Positions 9,097-19,677 of a DNA stretch of 64,000 bases are shown in pieces. The DNA is from Flavobacteriales bacterium (GTDB lineage: Bacteria; Bacteroidota; Bacteroidia; Flavobacteriales_F; PHOS-HE28): the NCBI GenBank assembly GCA_020635725.1, contig JACJZF010000003.1, positions 464 through 64,463 on the forward strand, in the 5' to 3' direction. The position numbers and the translations under genes are program-made. The notes beneath the pieces are model-generated. The model was not told the DNA's origin. It did no database searches and was given only the letters and a program-made list of their open reading frames with translations. The first letter of the stretch is position 1, and every line of letters begins with the position of its first letter.

Positions 9097-9184
9097 GCCT
9101 CCAAAGGTAGGCGGCCACGGTACGGCCCGGAGCTGTTGCCATATGGCGACCGTCCGCTAAACTCGCTCCACCAAACCCACACCC

Positions 9185-9937
9185 ATGAGCGCTCGTTACG
9201 CCGGTTTCCTTCTCGGTCTCGCCCCGCTGCTCTCAGCCGGGCAGTATTGCAGTCCCAGCTTCCTCAACGGCTGCTTCAACTGGTACGCCCTGGAGGTGCA
9301 GGCGGGCTCGCTCCTCTGGTCCCCGGGCGTCGATGCGTGCACCACCTCCGACTACACCGCGCTCAGCGCTTCGGTCGACGCCGGCGCATCGCTTCCCATG
9401 CGCGTCGTGAATGGCGTGTGGTGCGGTTGCTCGGTCTGGGTCGATTTCGACAACAGCCTCAGCTTCGAGGAGTCAGAGAACCTGTTCCACACATATGTGG
9501 GCGGCCAGCCGAGCTACGAGTATGATTTCAGCATCGCCGTTCCGGTCTCCACGCCGCCGGGCGATTACCGTATGCGCATCATCTCGCCATGGGGCAGCGA
9601 TGGTTTCACCGATGGCAGCATGAACGGATTCGGCCCTTGCGGGTCCTTCCAATACGGCAACTTCCAGGACTTCACCCTCACGGTCACCGGGCCCATGTCG
9701 GTTGGCGCGGTCGCGCAAAGGCGGTGGGAGTTGGCGCCGAACCCGACCACCGGTACGGCCGTGATCACCGGCAATGGCCCACTCGGCCTCGTTACCGTGC
9801 GCGATGCGCAAGGCCGTCTGGTGCATCAGGAATCGACGTACGCGGATCGCATGGAGCTGAGCACCGCAGCGTGGGCGAAGGGCCCTTATATGGTGATGCT
9901 CGCGAACGGCGAGGCGCGGCGCTTGATGGTGGAGTGA
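9185..9937 (+). CDS. GEVED-domain secreted protein with T9SS C-terminal domain
   Basis: 250 aa with a signal peptide, 'YDFSIA...GDYRMRI' GEVED-like motifs and a CTD ('...NPTTGTAVITG...'). Confidence 0.65.
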   Translation: MSARYAGFLLGLAPLLSAGQYCSPSFLNGCFNWYALEVQAGSLLWSPGVDACTTSDYTALSASVDAGASLPMRVVNGVWCGCSVWVDFDNSLSFEESENLFHTYVGGQPSYEYDFSIAVPVSTPPGDYRMRIISPWGSDGFTDGSMNGFGPCGSFQYGNFQDFTLTVTGPMSVGAVAQRRWELAPNPTTGTAVITGNGPLGLVTVRDAQGRLVHQESTYADRMELSTAAWAKGPYMVMLANGEARRLMVE

Positions 9938-9939
9938 GC

Positions 9940-10947
9940 TCACCAGCGCAGAACGAGCTTTCCGGAGGTAGTCCCCGCCGCTAGTTCGGAGAGTGCCTGC
10001 GGAAGCGCCGTTGCAGGGAGGCTGCCATGCACATGCGGTCGCAACACGCCACGGGCGTGCGCGTCCACGGCCTCGCGCAGGCATTCCGTGAGGATCGCGG
10101 GCCGGTCGTCACCGAGCCGGAGCATGTTGATGCCGAGCAGGCTGCGGCTGCGCATCATCAGGAAGATGGGCAGCACCACGCCCATGCGCCACACGAAGGC
10201 AAGGGTGCTGCTGCGCCCGCGCTCGGCTCCGCCATAGAGCACCAATCGGCCGCCGGTTCCGAGCAGTCGCATGTCTTTCTTGAAGCTGCTGCCGCCTACG
10301 GCATTGAAGCTCGCATCCAGCGGTGCGCCCTGGAGCGCGGCGCGTACGAGCGCCTCGTAATCGCCGGCGCCCCGATCGATGGCGTGGGCCGCGCCCATGC
10401 CGCGCACCTGCTCGCACTTGGCCGCGCCGCTCGCGATGCCCACCACCTCGCACCCGGTATCCACGGCCAGTTGAACGATCAATTGCCCCACGCCGCCTGC
10501 CGCGCTGTGCACTAGCACACGCTCACCCTTGCGTAGCGGACAGAGCACGCGCGTTGCGTACCAGGCGGTGGCGCCCTGCGTGGCGAGCGCGGCTGCTTCG
10601 CCCAGCGGAAGCGCATCGGGGATGGTGGCGCAGGCCCGATGATCGGTGACCGCGAGCTCGGCATATCCGCCGAAGCGCGTGATGGCTGTCACGCGTTGCC
10701 CGATCAGCGCGGCTGGCGCATCGGCACCAGCAGCGATCACCCGACCAACCGTTTCGTAGCCCAGCACAGAGGGCAGGGGAGGTGCATCGCGGTACAACCC
10801 GCGCACGGCCATGGCGTCGGCGTAGTTCAGTCCGAAGCCTTCGCTGCGGATCAACACCTGCGTCGGTCCCGGCTCGGGTTCAGGCCGCTCCCGCAGCTGG
10901 AGCACGCGCTCCGGAGCGCCATGCGCGGTGAGCACCCAGGCCTTCAT
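9940..10947 (-). CDS. NADPH:quinone oxidoreductase / zinc-binding alcohol dehydrogenase (MDR) family
   Basis: 335 aa with MDR-superfamily motifs ('GFGLNYADAMAVRG', 'HSAAGGVG'). Its ATG overlaps the rsmI stop (ATGA). Confidence 0.8.
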   Translation of the reverse strand: MKAWVLTAHGAPERVLQLRERPEPEPGPTQVLIRSEGFGLNYADAMAVRGLYRDAPPLPSVLGYETVGRVIAAGADAPAALIGQRVTAITRFGGYAELAVTDHRACATIPDALPLGEAAALATQGATAWYATRVLCPLRKGERVLVHSAAGGVGQLIVQLAVDTGCEVVGIASGAAKCEQVRGMGAAHAIDRGAGDYEALVRAALQGAPLDASFNAVGGSSFKKDMRLLGTGGRLVLYGGAERGRSSTLAFVWRMGVVLPIFLMMRSRSLLGINMLRLGDDRPAILTECLREAVDAHARGVLRPHVHGSLPATALPQALSELAAGTTSGKLVLRW

Positions 10948-11636
10948 GCCTCGTTCGCAGCACCAGCGATCACCACCACGAATTCGCCGCGCGGCTCATG
11001 CTGCATGAAGTGCGCGCGCAGCTCCGCCAAGGTGCCGCGCACGGTCTCTTCATGCAGCTTGCTGATCTCCCGGGAGATGCTCGCCATCCGCTCCTCGCCC
11101 AACACGCCGATGAACTCGTCCAAGGCGCGCCTGAGGCGATGCGGGCTCTCGTAGAGCACCATCGTGCGGCTCTCGCTGCGGAGCGATTCGAGACGCGTGC
11201 GCCTTCCTTTCTTCTGCGGGAGGAAGCCTTCGAACACGAAGCGCTCGCAGGGCAGTCCGCTCACCACAAGTGCCGGCACGAAGGCGGTGGCGCCGGGGAG
11301 GCATTCCACGGCGATTCCGGCCCGCAACGCCTCGCGCACCAGCAGGTAGCCAGGGTCGCTGATCGCCGGTGTGCCCGCATCGCTGCACAAGGCAAGGCGC
11401 TCGCCGCGCTGCAGGCGCTCTAAGAGTTGCTCCACGGTGCGGTGCTCGTTGTTGATGTGGAAGCTCAGCAACGGCTTGCCGATGCCCAGGTGCTGCAGCA
11501 GGCGGCCTGTCACACGCGTGTCCTCAGCGACCACCGCGTCCGCCTCGGCGATCACCTGCCGGGCGCGGTCGGTGATGTCGCCCAGGTTGCCGATGGGCGT
11601 GGGCACAACGACGAGTGCGGCCTTCGACGCGCTCAC
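10944..11636 (-). CDS. rsmI: 16S rRNA (cytidine1402-2'-O)-methyltransferase RsmI
   Basis: 230 aa with a tetrapyrrole-methylase fold ('VVPTPIGNLGDIT...'). Confidence 0.9.
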   Translation of the reverse strand: MSASKAALVVVPTPIGNLGDITDRARQVIAEADAVVAEDTRVTGRLLQHLGIGKPLLSFHINNEHRTVEQLLERLQRGERLALCSDAGTPAISDPGYLLVREALRAGIAVECLPGATAFVPALVVSGLPCERFVFEGFLPQKKGRRTRLESLRSESRTMVLYESPHRLRRALDEFIGVLGEERMASISREISKLHEETVRGTLAELRAHFMQHEPRGEFVVVIAGAANEA

Positions 11637-12898
11637 TTCCAGCTGCGGATGAAATCGCGCAGCAGCGCATGGATGTCGGCGAACTCGGTCAAGGGAAGGG
11701 TCTCGGCGCGGTCGAGCACATCGTGGTAATGCGCGACGCCGCCGAGCGTGTAGATGTAGATGGAAGGGACGCCGCGCTGCACGAAGGGACAGTGGTCGCT
11801 GTTGCAGGCCGGTCCGCGGGCCTTCACCTCTTTCAGGTAGCCCTTGCTCGCGTTGATCGCCACCAGCCGGTCGAAGGCCTTCTGCTGAGCGGTGGCGTTC
11901 ACCACCATGATGCCGTCATCGCCTGTGCCAAGGATGTCGAGGTTAAGCATCAGGCTCACGTCCTTCCATTCCACCGGCCGGTCCGTCACGCACCACTGGC
12001 TGCCCAACAGCCCGACCTCCTCGCCGGCGAAGGCCACGAAGAGCAGGTTGTGCTTCGGCGCATGGCCCTTGGCCGCGAAATGCTCCGCGAGGCTCAGCAG
12101 CATGGCCACGCCGCTGGCGTTGTCATTGGCGCCGGGGAAGAGCGCATCGGGTCCCATGCGTCCCAAATGGTCGTAATGCGCACCGATGATCACCCACTTC
12201 TTGCTCTTGCCCTTCACCATGCCCATGACATTGCGCGCCTGGTGGCGGGAGAGGAGCTTGTTGGAGACCTGAAGGCGCACGGTGGACGAGCTGTCGGTGA
12301 GCGCAGCGCTGTTCACCTCGAAGAGCGGGAAGGGCTGCGCCTCTTGCGCCACGCTCCACGTGAGCTTCGTCGCGCGCTTGACGACCGGCGCGTAATGCAT
12401 CAGGTCGCGCTCCCACTGGTGGAAGAGCCGGAGCGAGTCGGGGTTCTTGGAGGGCGGCCAATGCACCATCACCGCCTTGCCGCTGAGCACGCCCATGGCC
12501 ATGCGCCGGCGCTCCGGGGTGATCAGGTCATCGGGCGTGATGTGCACCAAGGGGTAGCTCCCGCTGGCACTGCCGCTCTCGGGGTCCACGATGAACGCGG
12601 TGCCGGGCTGCAGCTCCTGGCCATCGACGCTGAGCCGCACGCTGTCCGGGAAGGAGTTCACATTGAACTGGAACGGCTCGAACCACGCGCCTTTCATCGG
12701 CGCTAGCCCGAAGCGCTCGAATTGCTTCGCGATCCAGTCAGCGGCGATCCGGTCGCCATCATTCACGTAGCCGCGTCCCTCGAAGGCCGGTGAGGTGAGG
12801 GTATCGAGCCAGGCTCGGCCGCGCACCATGATCGGGTCCTGTGCGTGACCGATGCATGCCACGAACAGGAAGGGAAGGAGGATTCGCGAGCGCATCAA
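11633..12898 (-). CDS. M28-family peptidase (secreted aminopeptidase-like)
   Basis: 421 aa with a signal peptide and M28 metal-binding motifs ('HYDH', 'NDNASGVA', 'GEEVGLLGS'). Confidence 0.85.
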   Translation of the reverse strand: MMRSRILLPFLFVACIGHAQDPIMVRGRAWLDTLTSPAFEGRGYVNDGDRIAADWIAKQFERFGLAPMKGAWFEPFQFNVNSFPDSVRLSVDGQELQPGTAFIVDPESGSASGSYPLVHITPDDLITPERRRMAMGVLSGKAVMVHWPPSKNPDSLRLFHQWERDLMHYAPVVKRATKLTWSVAQEAQPFPLFEVNSAALTDSSSTVRLQVSNKLLSRHQARNVMGMVKGKSKKWVIIGAHYDHLGRMGPDALFPGANDNASGVAMLLSLAEHFAAKGHAPKHNLLFVAFAGEEVGLLGSQWCVTDRPVEWKDVSLMLNLDILGTGDDGIMVVNATAQQKAFDRLVAINASKGYLKEVKARGPACNSDHCPFVQRGVPSIYIYTLGGVAHYHDVLDRAETLPLTEFADIHALLRDFIRSWK

Positions 12899-13557
12899 TG
12901 GAAGCGGCGTTGGAGCAGTTCGGTGAAGGTCTCCAGCGCTTCAGGGTCGGCGGCCTTCTTCAGTTTGCCCACCACCTCATTGTCCAGGAACGCCTGCGCA
13001 TCGCCCATGTCGTTGAACCCGTTCAGCCGCGCGATCGCCGCCTCGTATGCCTTCGTATCGCCCCCGAAGAGCTCGGCGGTGAACCAGAACTTGTGGCTGA
13101 GTGAGATGGCCTTGCCCAGGTCGTCGATGTGCGCCCTGCCCATCTTCTCCGCCAAGGATTCCGGCACCTTCTTGGGCGCGGCGGTCTCCTTCAGGAATTC
13201 GGCCGCGGTCTTCATCACGGGTTCCTCCTCGTTCTCCGCGATGGCTTCGATGAGCGAGGTCTGACGCGGGTCCTGCGGTTTGGTATCGAGCCGAATGCCG
13301 GGAGAGGGAGCGTCCACGGGAGGCTCGGCGGCCTTCACCAGCGGTTCAGGCGTGGCAGCTGCTGCCACCGGCTTGGCCTTCGCCTGCTCCCGTGCCTTGT
13401 GCCGCAGCACCACTAGCCTCTCGTAGAACTCGCGCGCATCATCGGTGGCCCGGTCCAGGCCATCCAGGCCGATGCTGCCCGTGCGCAGGCCTTCTTCCGC
13501 CTTGCGCACCGCCTCCACCAGCGCGCTCATCGATCGGAATCCCTTGTCGCTGCTCAT
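12895..13557 (-). CDS. Hypothetical protein
   Basis: 220-aa ORF with a charged, low-complexity middle region and a 4-bp overlap with the M28 peptidase. No recognisable domain. Confidence 0.45.
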   Translation of the reverse strand: MSSDKGFRSMSALVEAVRKAEEGLRTGSIGLDGLDRATDDAREFYERLVVLRHKAREQAKAKPVAAAATPEPLVKAAEPPVDAPSPGIRLDTKPQDPRQTSLIEAIAENEEEPVMKTAAEFLKETAAPKKVPESLAEKMGRAHIDDLGKAISLSHKFWFTAELFGGDTKAYEAAIARLNGFNDMGDAQAFLDNEVVGKLKKAADPEALETFTELLQRRFH

Positions 13558-13660
13558 GCGGTACGGGCCGTTACGCTTGGCCCCGGACGAAGATCCCTAT
13601 TTTCGCCGCACCCGCAAAACGGCGCCGATCGCAGGACCCGCGCGCCCTCCGAATCATCCG

Positions 13661-14257
13661 ATGTTCTTAGAGCATACCGGCAGCCGAGCGACCCGCAGGG
13701 GCTGGATCGAGGTGATCTGCGGCAGCATGTTCAGCGGCAAGACCGAGGAGCTCATCCGGCGGCTGCGGCGCGCCGAGTTCGCGCGACAGAAAGTGGAGAT
13801 CTTCAAGCCGGGCGTGGATACGCGCTACGACGCCATCGACGTGGTGAGCCACGACAGCACCAGCATCCGCAGCACCCCGGTGCCCAGCAGCAGCAACCTG
13901 CTCCTGCTCGCCGGCGATATCGAGGTGGTGGGGATCGATGAGGCCCAGTTCTTCGATGCCGGGCTTCCGCAGGTGTGCGCGCAGCTCGCCTCGCAAGGCA
14001 TCCGCGTGATCGCGGCAGGGCTCGACATGGATTTCCTCGGCAGGCCCTTCGGCCCCATGCCGCAGCTCATGAGCATGGCCGAGTACGTGACCAAGGTGCA
14101 CGCGATCTGCGTGCGATGCGGCGCGCTGGCCAGCTTCAGCCACCGCACCAGCGCCAGCGAGAACCTGGTGCTGCTCGGCGAGAAGGACAGTTACGAGCCG
14201 TTGTGCCGCACCTGTTTCGATGCGGCACGCGGCGCCATGCCCGCCGCTGAGCGATGA
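13661..14257 (+). CDS. tdk: Thymidine kinase
   Basis: Start at ATG 13661 gives '[34 protein letters not shown]' with a P-loop, then CxxC...CxxC zinc ribbon. The track ORF starts 216 nt further upstream in the overlap with the neighbouring gene. Confidence 0.9.
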   Translation: MFLEHTGSRATRRGWIEVICGSMFSGKTEELIRRLRRAEFARQKVEIFKPGVDTRYDAIDVVSHDSTSIRSTPVPSSSNLLLLAGDIEVVGIDEAQFFDAGLPQVCAQLASQGIRVIAAGLDMDFLGRPFGPMPQLMSMAEYVTKVHAICVRCGALASFSHRTSASENLVLLGEKDSYEPLCRTCFDAARGAMPAAER

Positions 14258-16725
14258 GCGTCGCAGGACATCCGCTCTCCGCGCTGGCCGAGGCCATTGG
14301 CGCCCGTTGGATCGCCCGCCACGGCGACCCGCGGATCATGCACCTGAGCATCGATTCACGCAAATCCTTCGCGCCGGAAGACACGCTCTTCATCGCCATG
14401 CGGGGCGCACGGCACAATGGACATCAGTACCTGGCCGAGCTCCACGCCAAGGGCATGCGCGCCTTCGTGGTGAGCGAGCCGGTGGACCCCGCAGCCCTGC
14501 CCGGCAGCAGCATCCTGCATGTGGCCGATACGCTCGATGCGCTGCAGCGCATGGCGGCCTGGCACCGGAACCATTTCAGAACACCCGTGGTGGGCATCAC
14601 CGGGAGCAATGGCAAGACGGTGGTGAAGGAATGGCTCTTCCACCTGCTGCGCGATACGGAGCATATCGTGCGGAGTCCAGGCAGCTGGAACTCTCAGGTG
14701 GGCGTGCCATTGAGCATCTGGGCCATGCGCGCCGAGCACGGGCTCGGAATCTTCGAGGCGGGCATCAGCGAACCCGGCGAGATGCAGCGCCTGCGCTCCG
14801 TGATCCGGCCCACCATCGGCATCTTCACCAACCTGGGCCCCGCGCATGCAGAGCGGTTCAGCGGTGCGGCGCACAAGGCTGGGGAGAAGGCGCTGCTGTT
14901 CGACCAAGCGGAGGCGGTGGTGCATTGCGCCGATCACGAAGAGGTGGTGAGGGCCCTGCACGAGCGAGGCATCGACCAGCGCGCGCGCATGCTCGGCTGG
15001 TCGCGCCAGCGCGAAGGATGGCTGCATGTCCTCCGGGAGGAAGCGCACGGCGTGGGGCAGCGCATCCGCGTGGCGAACCAGGAGGTGGAGTTCGACTTCG
15101 AGATTCCATTCGCCGATGCGGCCTCTGCGGAGAACGCGCTCCATTGCGTCACGCTGCTGCTGCACCTGGGGCTGCCCGCGGAGCACATCGCGGCGCGCAC
15201 GCCCGGGCTTCCTCCGGTAAGCATGCGCCTGGAGACCGTGGATGGCATCCATGGCATGACGCTGCTGAATGATGCGTACAGCAACGACACGGCATCGCTG
15301 GCGATCGCGCTGGAACACTTGGATGCCCTCGCGGCCGGCCGCCCGAAAGCGGTGGTGATATCGGACCTAGTGGGCGGCGAGGATCGCGCGGAGCGCTATG
15401 CGCGTGTCGAGGAGCTGCTGGAGCGGTCGGCGGTGGCCAAGGTGCTCACCGTGGGACCTGAGCTCATGGGGCATGAGATGTCGTTCGCTGGCACCGTGGG
15501 TCACTTCAGCGATGCGGAGGAGCTGGTACGCGCGGTGGAGCCGCATGTGCTGGCTGATCATGCGGTGCTGGTCAAGGGCGCGCGCGCCTTCGGCCTGGAG
15601 CGGATCGTGCAGCGCTGGCAACGCCAGGCGCATGGCACGGTGCTGGAGATCGACCTGGAGGCGATACGCCACAACCTGAACCACTACCGCGCGATGCTGC
15701 GGCCCGGTACGCGCGTGATGGCCATGGTGAAGGCCTTCGGCTATGGCGGGGGCGCCTTGGAGCTGGCCCGTCTGTTCGCGCATGAGCAGGTGCATTACCT
15801 GGGCGTTGCCTATGCCGATGAGGGCATCGAGCTGCGCCAGCAGGGAATCGACCTTCCCATTCTGGTGATGAACCCGGAGCCGGTGCCGGTGGATGTGCTG
15901 CACCGCTTCAGGCTGGAAGCCGAGGTCTATGATGAGCGCTCGCTCGTGGAAGCCATTCGCTTCGCCCGTGATCATGCCGATGCGCCACCTGTTCACATCA
16001 AGCTCGATACCGGCATGCGGCGGCTCGGCTTCGCACAGGAGGAATTGCCGCGTCTGCTGGAGCTGCTGCGCGATGCACGAGGCCTTCAGGTGGCATCGCT
16101 GCTCTCGCACCTGGCGGCCAGCGAGGACCCGCGGCATGACGAGTTCACGCGTCGGCAGATCGCGGATTTCGCCGCCATGGCCGATGCCGTTACAGGCGTG
16201 CTCGGCTACCGGCCCCTGCGCCACATCGCCAATACGGCGGCTGTCAGCCGCTGGCCAGAGGCTCACTTGGATATGGTTCGCTTGGGCATCGGGCTGCATG
16301 GCATCGGTGCCAGCGAGTCGGAGACGCAGAGCCTGAGGCATGCCGCTACGCTGCGCACGGTGATCGCCCAGATCAAGCCCACCGATGACGGCACCACCAT
16401 CGGGTACGGGCGCAGCGGCACAAGTCACGGTAGGCGCGTGATCGCCACGGTGCCGCTCGGTTACGCCGATGGCCTCTCCCGCAGGCTGGGCAACGGCGTG
16501 GGACACCTCTGGGTATCGGGCCGCAAAGCGCCCATCGTTGGCCATGTATGCATGGACATGTGCATGATCGACGTGACGGGCATCGCTTGTGACATCGGCG
16601 ATGCCGCGGTGCTCTTCGACCCGGTCCATCCCATCACTGAAACGGCCGCGGCGCTGGGCACCATTCCCTATGAGGTGCTCACGAGCATCCCCCAGCGGGT
16701 GAAGCGATTGTATGTCCGGGCCTAG
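14254..16725 (+). CDS. murF: Bifunctional UDP-MurNAc-pentapeptide synthetase (MurF) / alanine racemase
   Basis: 823 aa. N-terminal Mur ligase ('GITGSNGKT') and C-terminal alanine racemase ('VKAFGYGGG', PLP-lysine motif). Its ATG overlaps the tdk stop. Confidence 0.9.
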   Translation: MSVAGHPLSALAEAIGARWIARHGDPRIMHLSIDSRKSFAPEDTLFIAMRGARHNGHQYLAELHAKGMRAFVVSEPVDPAALPGSSILHVADTLDALQRMAAWHRNHFRTPVVGITGSNGKTVVKEWLFHLLRDTEHIVRSPGSWNSQVGVPLSIWAMRAEHGLGIFEAGISEPGEMQRLRSVIRPTIGIFTNLGPAHAERFSGAAHKAGEKALLFDQAEAVVHCADHEEVVRALHERGIDQRARMLGWSRQREGWLHVLREEAHGVGQRIRVANQEVEFDFEIPFADAASAENALHCVTLLLHLGLPAEHIAARTPGLPPVSMRLETVDGIHGMTLLNDAYSNDTASLAIALEHLDALAAGRPKAVVISDLVGGEDRAERYARVEELLERSAVAKVLTVGPELMGHEMSFAGTVGHFSDAEELVRAVEPHVLADHAVLVKGARAFGLERIVQRWQRQAHGTVLEIDLEAIRHNLNHYRAMLRPGTRVMAMVKAFGYGGGALELARLFAHEQVHYLGVAYADEGIELRQQGIDLPILVMNPEPVPVDVLHRFRLEAEVYDERSLVEAIRFARDHADAPPVHIKLDTGMRRLGFAQEELPRLLELLRDARGLQVASLLSHLAASEDPRHDEFTRRQIADFAAMADAVTGVLGYRPLRHIANTAAVSRWPEAHLDMVRLGIGLHGIGASESETQSLRHAATLRTVIAQIKPTDDGTTIGYGRSGTSHGRRVIATVPLGYADGLSRRLGNGVGHLWVSGRKAPIVGHVCMDMCMIDVTGIACDIGDAAVLFDPVHPITETAAALGTIPYEVLTSIPQRVKRLYVRA

Positions 16726-16804
16726 CCCATCGGCCTTCCAAGCCCGTCGGTCATCCTAGCGTCAGGCTCCGTCACTTCGGGCCTTAGGCGAACGCTTGGT
16801 CCCC

Positions 16805-16812
16805 TAAGTTTG
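16805..16812 (+). promoter_or_regulatory. Bacteroidetes -7 element TAAGTTTG upstream of the S8 peptidase gene
   Basis: Matches TAnnTTTG 31 nt upstream of ATG 16843. No well-spaced -33 TTG was seen. Confidence 0.4.
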
Positions 16813-16842
16813 TCGTGAACCAGCCCCTCGACCAGAACCCTC

Positions 16843-19608
16843 ATGAAGCACTTCGCCCTTGCACTGCTCGGCATCCTCGCCCTAGGGCGCCTGAGCGCAC
16901 AGTTGAATGAGACCGAATACGTGCCCGGGAACATCCTGGTGATGCTTCAGCCCGGCGCATCCGCTGAAACCGTGGCCCGCGACCTGACCATGCTCGATGG
17001 CCTGGCCACCGGCCTGCACGTGGAGAAGGAGGTGAGCGCTCCGATGCGCACCTGGCTGCTCGCGTTCGACACCGATGCCGCGGCGCAGTGGACCGTGCTG
17101 CGCGCCGTGCGCAACCATCCGGCGGTGCTCCTCGCGCAGAATGATCACCTGGTGAAGGAACGCATCGTGCCCGACGACGCGCAATACAACCAGCAATGGC
17201 ATCACGCTAACATCGACAGCGAAGCCGCATGGGACATCAGCACCGGCGGGCTCACCATCGCCGGTGATACCATCGTGGTGGCGATCATCGAGAACGCCGA
17301 CCTCTCGCACGCCGACCTTGCGGCGAACGCCTGGCTCAACGCGGGCGAGATCCCGGGCAATGGGGTCGATGACGATGGCAACGGATACATCGATGACCGC
17401 CGGGGCTGGAACACGCCCAACAACAACGACAATGTGTACAGCGGGAGCCATGGAACGCAATGCGCGGGCATGGCTGGCGCCGTGGGCGACAATGGAGAAG
17501 GCGTCGTGGGGGCCAATTGGAACGTGAAACTCATGCCCGTGAACTACGGAGGCGTGAGCGAGAGCGCCGTGCTGGCCGCCTACACCTATCCCTTGGTCAT
17601 GCGCAGGCTCTACAACAGCACCGGCGGGGACCGGGGCGCCTTCGTGGTGGCCACCAGCGCCAGCTGGGGCATCGATGGCGGGCAGCCTGCCGACTCGCCG
17701 CTGTGGTGCGCCATGTACGATACCTTGGGTACCGCGGGCGTGCTGAACTGCGGCGCCACGGCCAACAACGCCGTGAATGTGGATGTGGTGGGCGATCTGC
17801 CCACGGCCTGCGGAAGCGATTTCATGATCAGCGTGACCGCCACGGACAACAACGATCAACGCACCTTCAGCGCTTGGGGCCTCACCACCATCGATGTGGG
17901 CGCGCCCGGCTCGAGCGTGCGCACCACGAGCATCGGCGGCGGCTACGGCAATACCAGCGGCACCAGCTTCGCCTGCCCGCTCACCGCCGGGGTGATCGGC
18001 CTGCTGTACAGCGCGCCCTGCGCGAGCCTCATCTCCCTGGTGCATGCCGATCCGCAGGAAGGCGCCATGTACGTGCGCGGCAAGCTCTTCGAAGGCGTGG
18101 AACAGGTGGGCAACCTGCCCGGCAATACCGTCACCGGCGGGCGCATCAGCTCCGGCAACAGCATGCAGCTGATCATGTCCGGCTGCAGCAGCTGCCCGCC
18201 TCCCTTCGGCGGCGTGGCGGAGCGTGTGGGCAGCAATGCCTCCTTCAGCTGGAACGCCACCACGGAAGGGCCTTTCAACGTGCGTTTCCGTGCCATCGGC
18301 TCACCGGACTGGACCGTGGTCAACGGCTTGGGGTCGAACAACCTCACCGTAACCGATGTGGAAGCCTGCACCGCGTACGAGTTCCAAGTGGAGATGGCAT
18401 GCGGCGGCGAGACGAGCGGCTACTCCAACAGCTTCATCCTGCCTGCTCCTGAGGAAGCGGCGCCGGCGATCACCGCGAGCGGCTATCCCGAGTTCTGCGC
18501 GGGAACGTCCTTCACGCTCACCTCGAGCATCGCCACCGGTATCACCTGGAGCAGCGGCGAACAGAGCGCCAGCATCAGCCCGCAGCAGAGCGGCAGCTAC
18601 TCGGTCACCTTCGATGGCCAATGCGGCACCTACACGTCGGAGGCCTTCGATGTGGTGGTGATCCCGACCCCCGCCGCGCCGGTTGCCAATGATGTGCAGC
18701 TCGGTGGCCCGGGTTCGGCCGTGCTCAGCGCCACGGGTCCCGGCATCACCTGGTACGATGCTCCGGTTGGCGGAACGGTCGTGGGCATAGGAAGCCCATG
18801 GAGCACGCCCACGCTCACAGCAACCACGAGTTTCTGGTGCAGCAGTGCCAACACCAATGGCTCCGTGGCCGTTTTTGGCGGGAAGACCAACAACACCGCC
18901 AGCGGCCAGTATCACACCAATGCCACCAACTACCAGGTCTTCACCGCGAACCAGCTCTTCGTGATCCGCAGCGTGAAGGTCTATGCCTCCGGAGCAGGCG
19001 TGCGCCCCATCGCGCTGGTCGATGACAATGGCAATGTGATCACTCAGGGGAACTTCGACATACCGGATGGGGAGAGCCGTGTGCAGCTCAACTTCACCGT
19101 GCCGGGCCCGGGAACCTATGGGCTGCGCGTGGTATCGGGCAACCCGGGCCTCTGGCGCGACGGCATCGGCAGCGTGCAGACCTACCCGTACGCGCTGGGT
19201 TCCTTCGGCAGCATCACGAGCAGTTCGGCCACCGGCGGCAACAGCTTGGTGTACTACTACTTCTTCTACGATTGGGAGGTGAGCGAGCCGCTGGTGACCT
19301 GCGAGAGCGCGCGCGAGGAGGTGGTGGTGGAATTGCCCGCATCGGTGCAGGAGGTATCAGGCACCACGGCGCGCCTGTTCCCGAACCCCGCCGACCGCGA
19401 CTTCTTCATCGATGTGAGCGGGATGACCGGCCGCGGCGTGCTCTCGGTGGTTGATGCGGCGGGCCGTGAAGTGGGCACCAAGCCCATCCTCAACGGCAAG
19501 GCCACCTTCACCACGGCCTTCCTCGCCGATGGGCTCTACGCGTACCGGATCCTCAGCGATGGCCAGGTGATCCACACCGGTCGTTTCGCGGTGGAGCATC
19601 TCTACTAG
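16843..19608 (+). CDS. S8/subtilisin-family serine peptidase with Ig-like repeats and T9SS C-terminal domain
   Basis: 921 aa with a signal peptide, subtilase His 'HGTQCAG' and Ser 'GTSFACP' motifs, and a C-terminal Por-tail. It carries a ~230-aa module shared with the FG-GAP protein at 5077..7899. Confidence 0.9.
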   Translation: MKHFALALLGILALGRLSAQLNETEYVPGNILVMLQPGASAETVARDLTMLDGLATGLHVEKEVSAPMRTWLLAFDTDAAAQWTVLRAVRNHPAVLLAQNDHLVKERIVPDDAQYNQQWHHANIDSEAAWDISTGGLTIAGDTIVVAIIENADLSHADLAANAWLNAGEIPGNGVDDDGNGYIDDRRGWNTPNNNDNVYSGSHGTQCAGMAGAVGDNGEGVVGANWNVKLMPVNYGGVSESAVLAAYTYPLVMRRLYNSTGGDRGAFVVATSASWGIDGGQPADSPLWCAMYDTLGTAGVLNCGATANNAVNVDVVGDLPTACGSDFMISVTATDNNDQRTFSAWGLTTIDVGAPGSSVRTTSIGGGYGNTSGTSFACPLTAGVIGLLYSAPCASLISLVHADPQEGAMYVRGKLFEGVEQVGNLPGNTVTGGRISSGNSMQLIMSGCSSCPPPFGGVAERVGSNASFSWNATTEGPFNVRFRAIGSPDWTVVNGLGSNNLTVTDVEACTAYEFQVEMACGGETSGYSNSFILPAPEEAAPAITASGYPEFCAGTSFTLTSSIATGITWSSGEQSASISPQQSGSYSVTFDGQCGTYTSEAFDVVVIPTPAAPVANDVQLGGPGSAVLSATGPGITWYDAPVGGTVVGIGSPWSTPTLTATTSFWCSSANTNGSVAVFGGKTNNTASGQYHTNATNYQVFTANQLFVIRSVKVYASGAGVRPIALVDDNGNVITQGNFDIPDGESRVQLNFTVPGPGTYGLRVVSGNPGLWRDGIGSVQTYPYALGSFGSITSSSATGGNSLVYYYFFYDWEVSEPLVTCESAREEVVVELPASVQEVSGTTARLFPNPADRDFFIDVSGMTGRGVLSVVDAAGREVGTKPILNGKATFTTAFLADGLYAYRILSDGQVIHTGRFAVEHLY

Positions 19609-19677
19609 GCAGCGCTTTGCGCGTGCGGCGGGCATGCTCGCGGCGCGCGTGTAGCTTGCGGCGCAACCGGTTCACCC

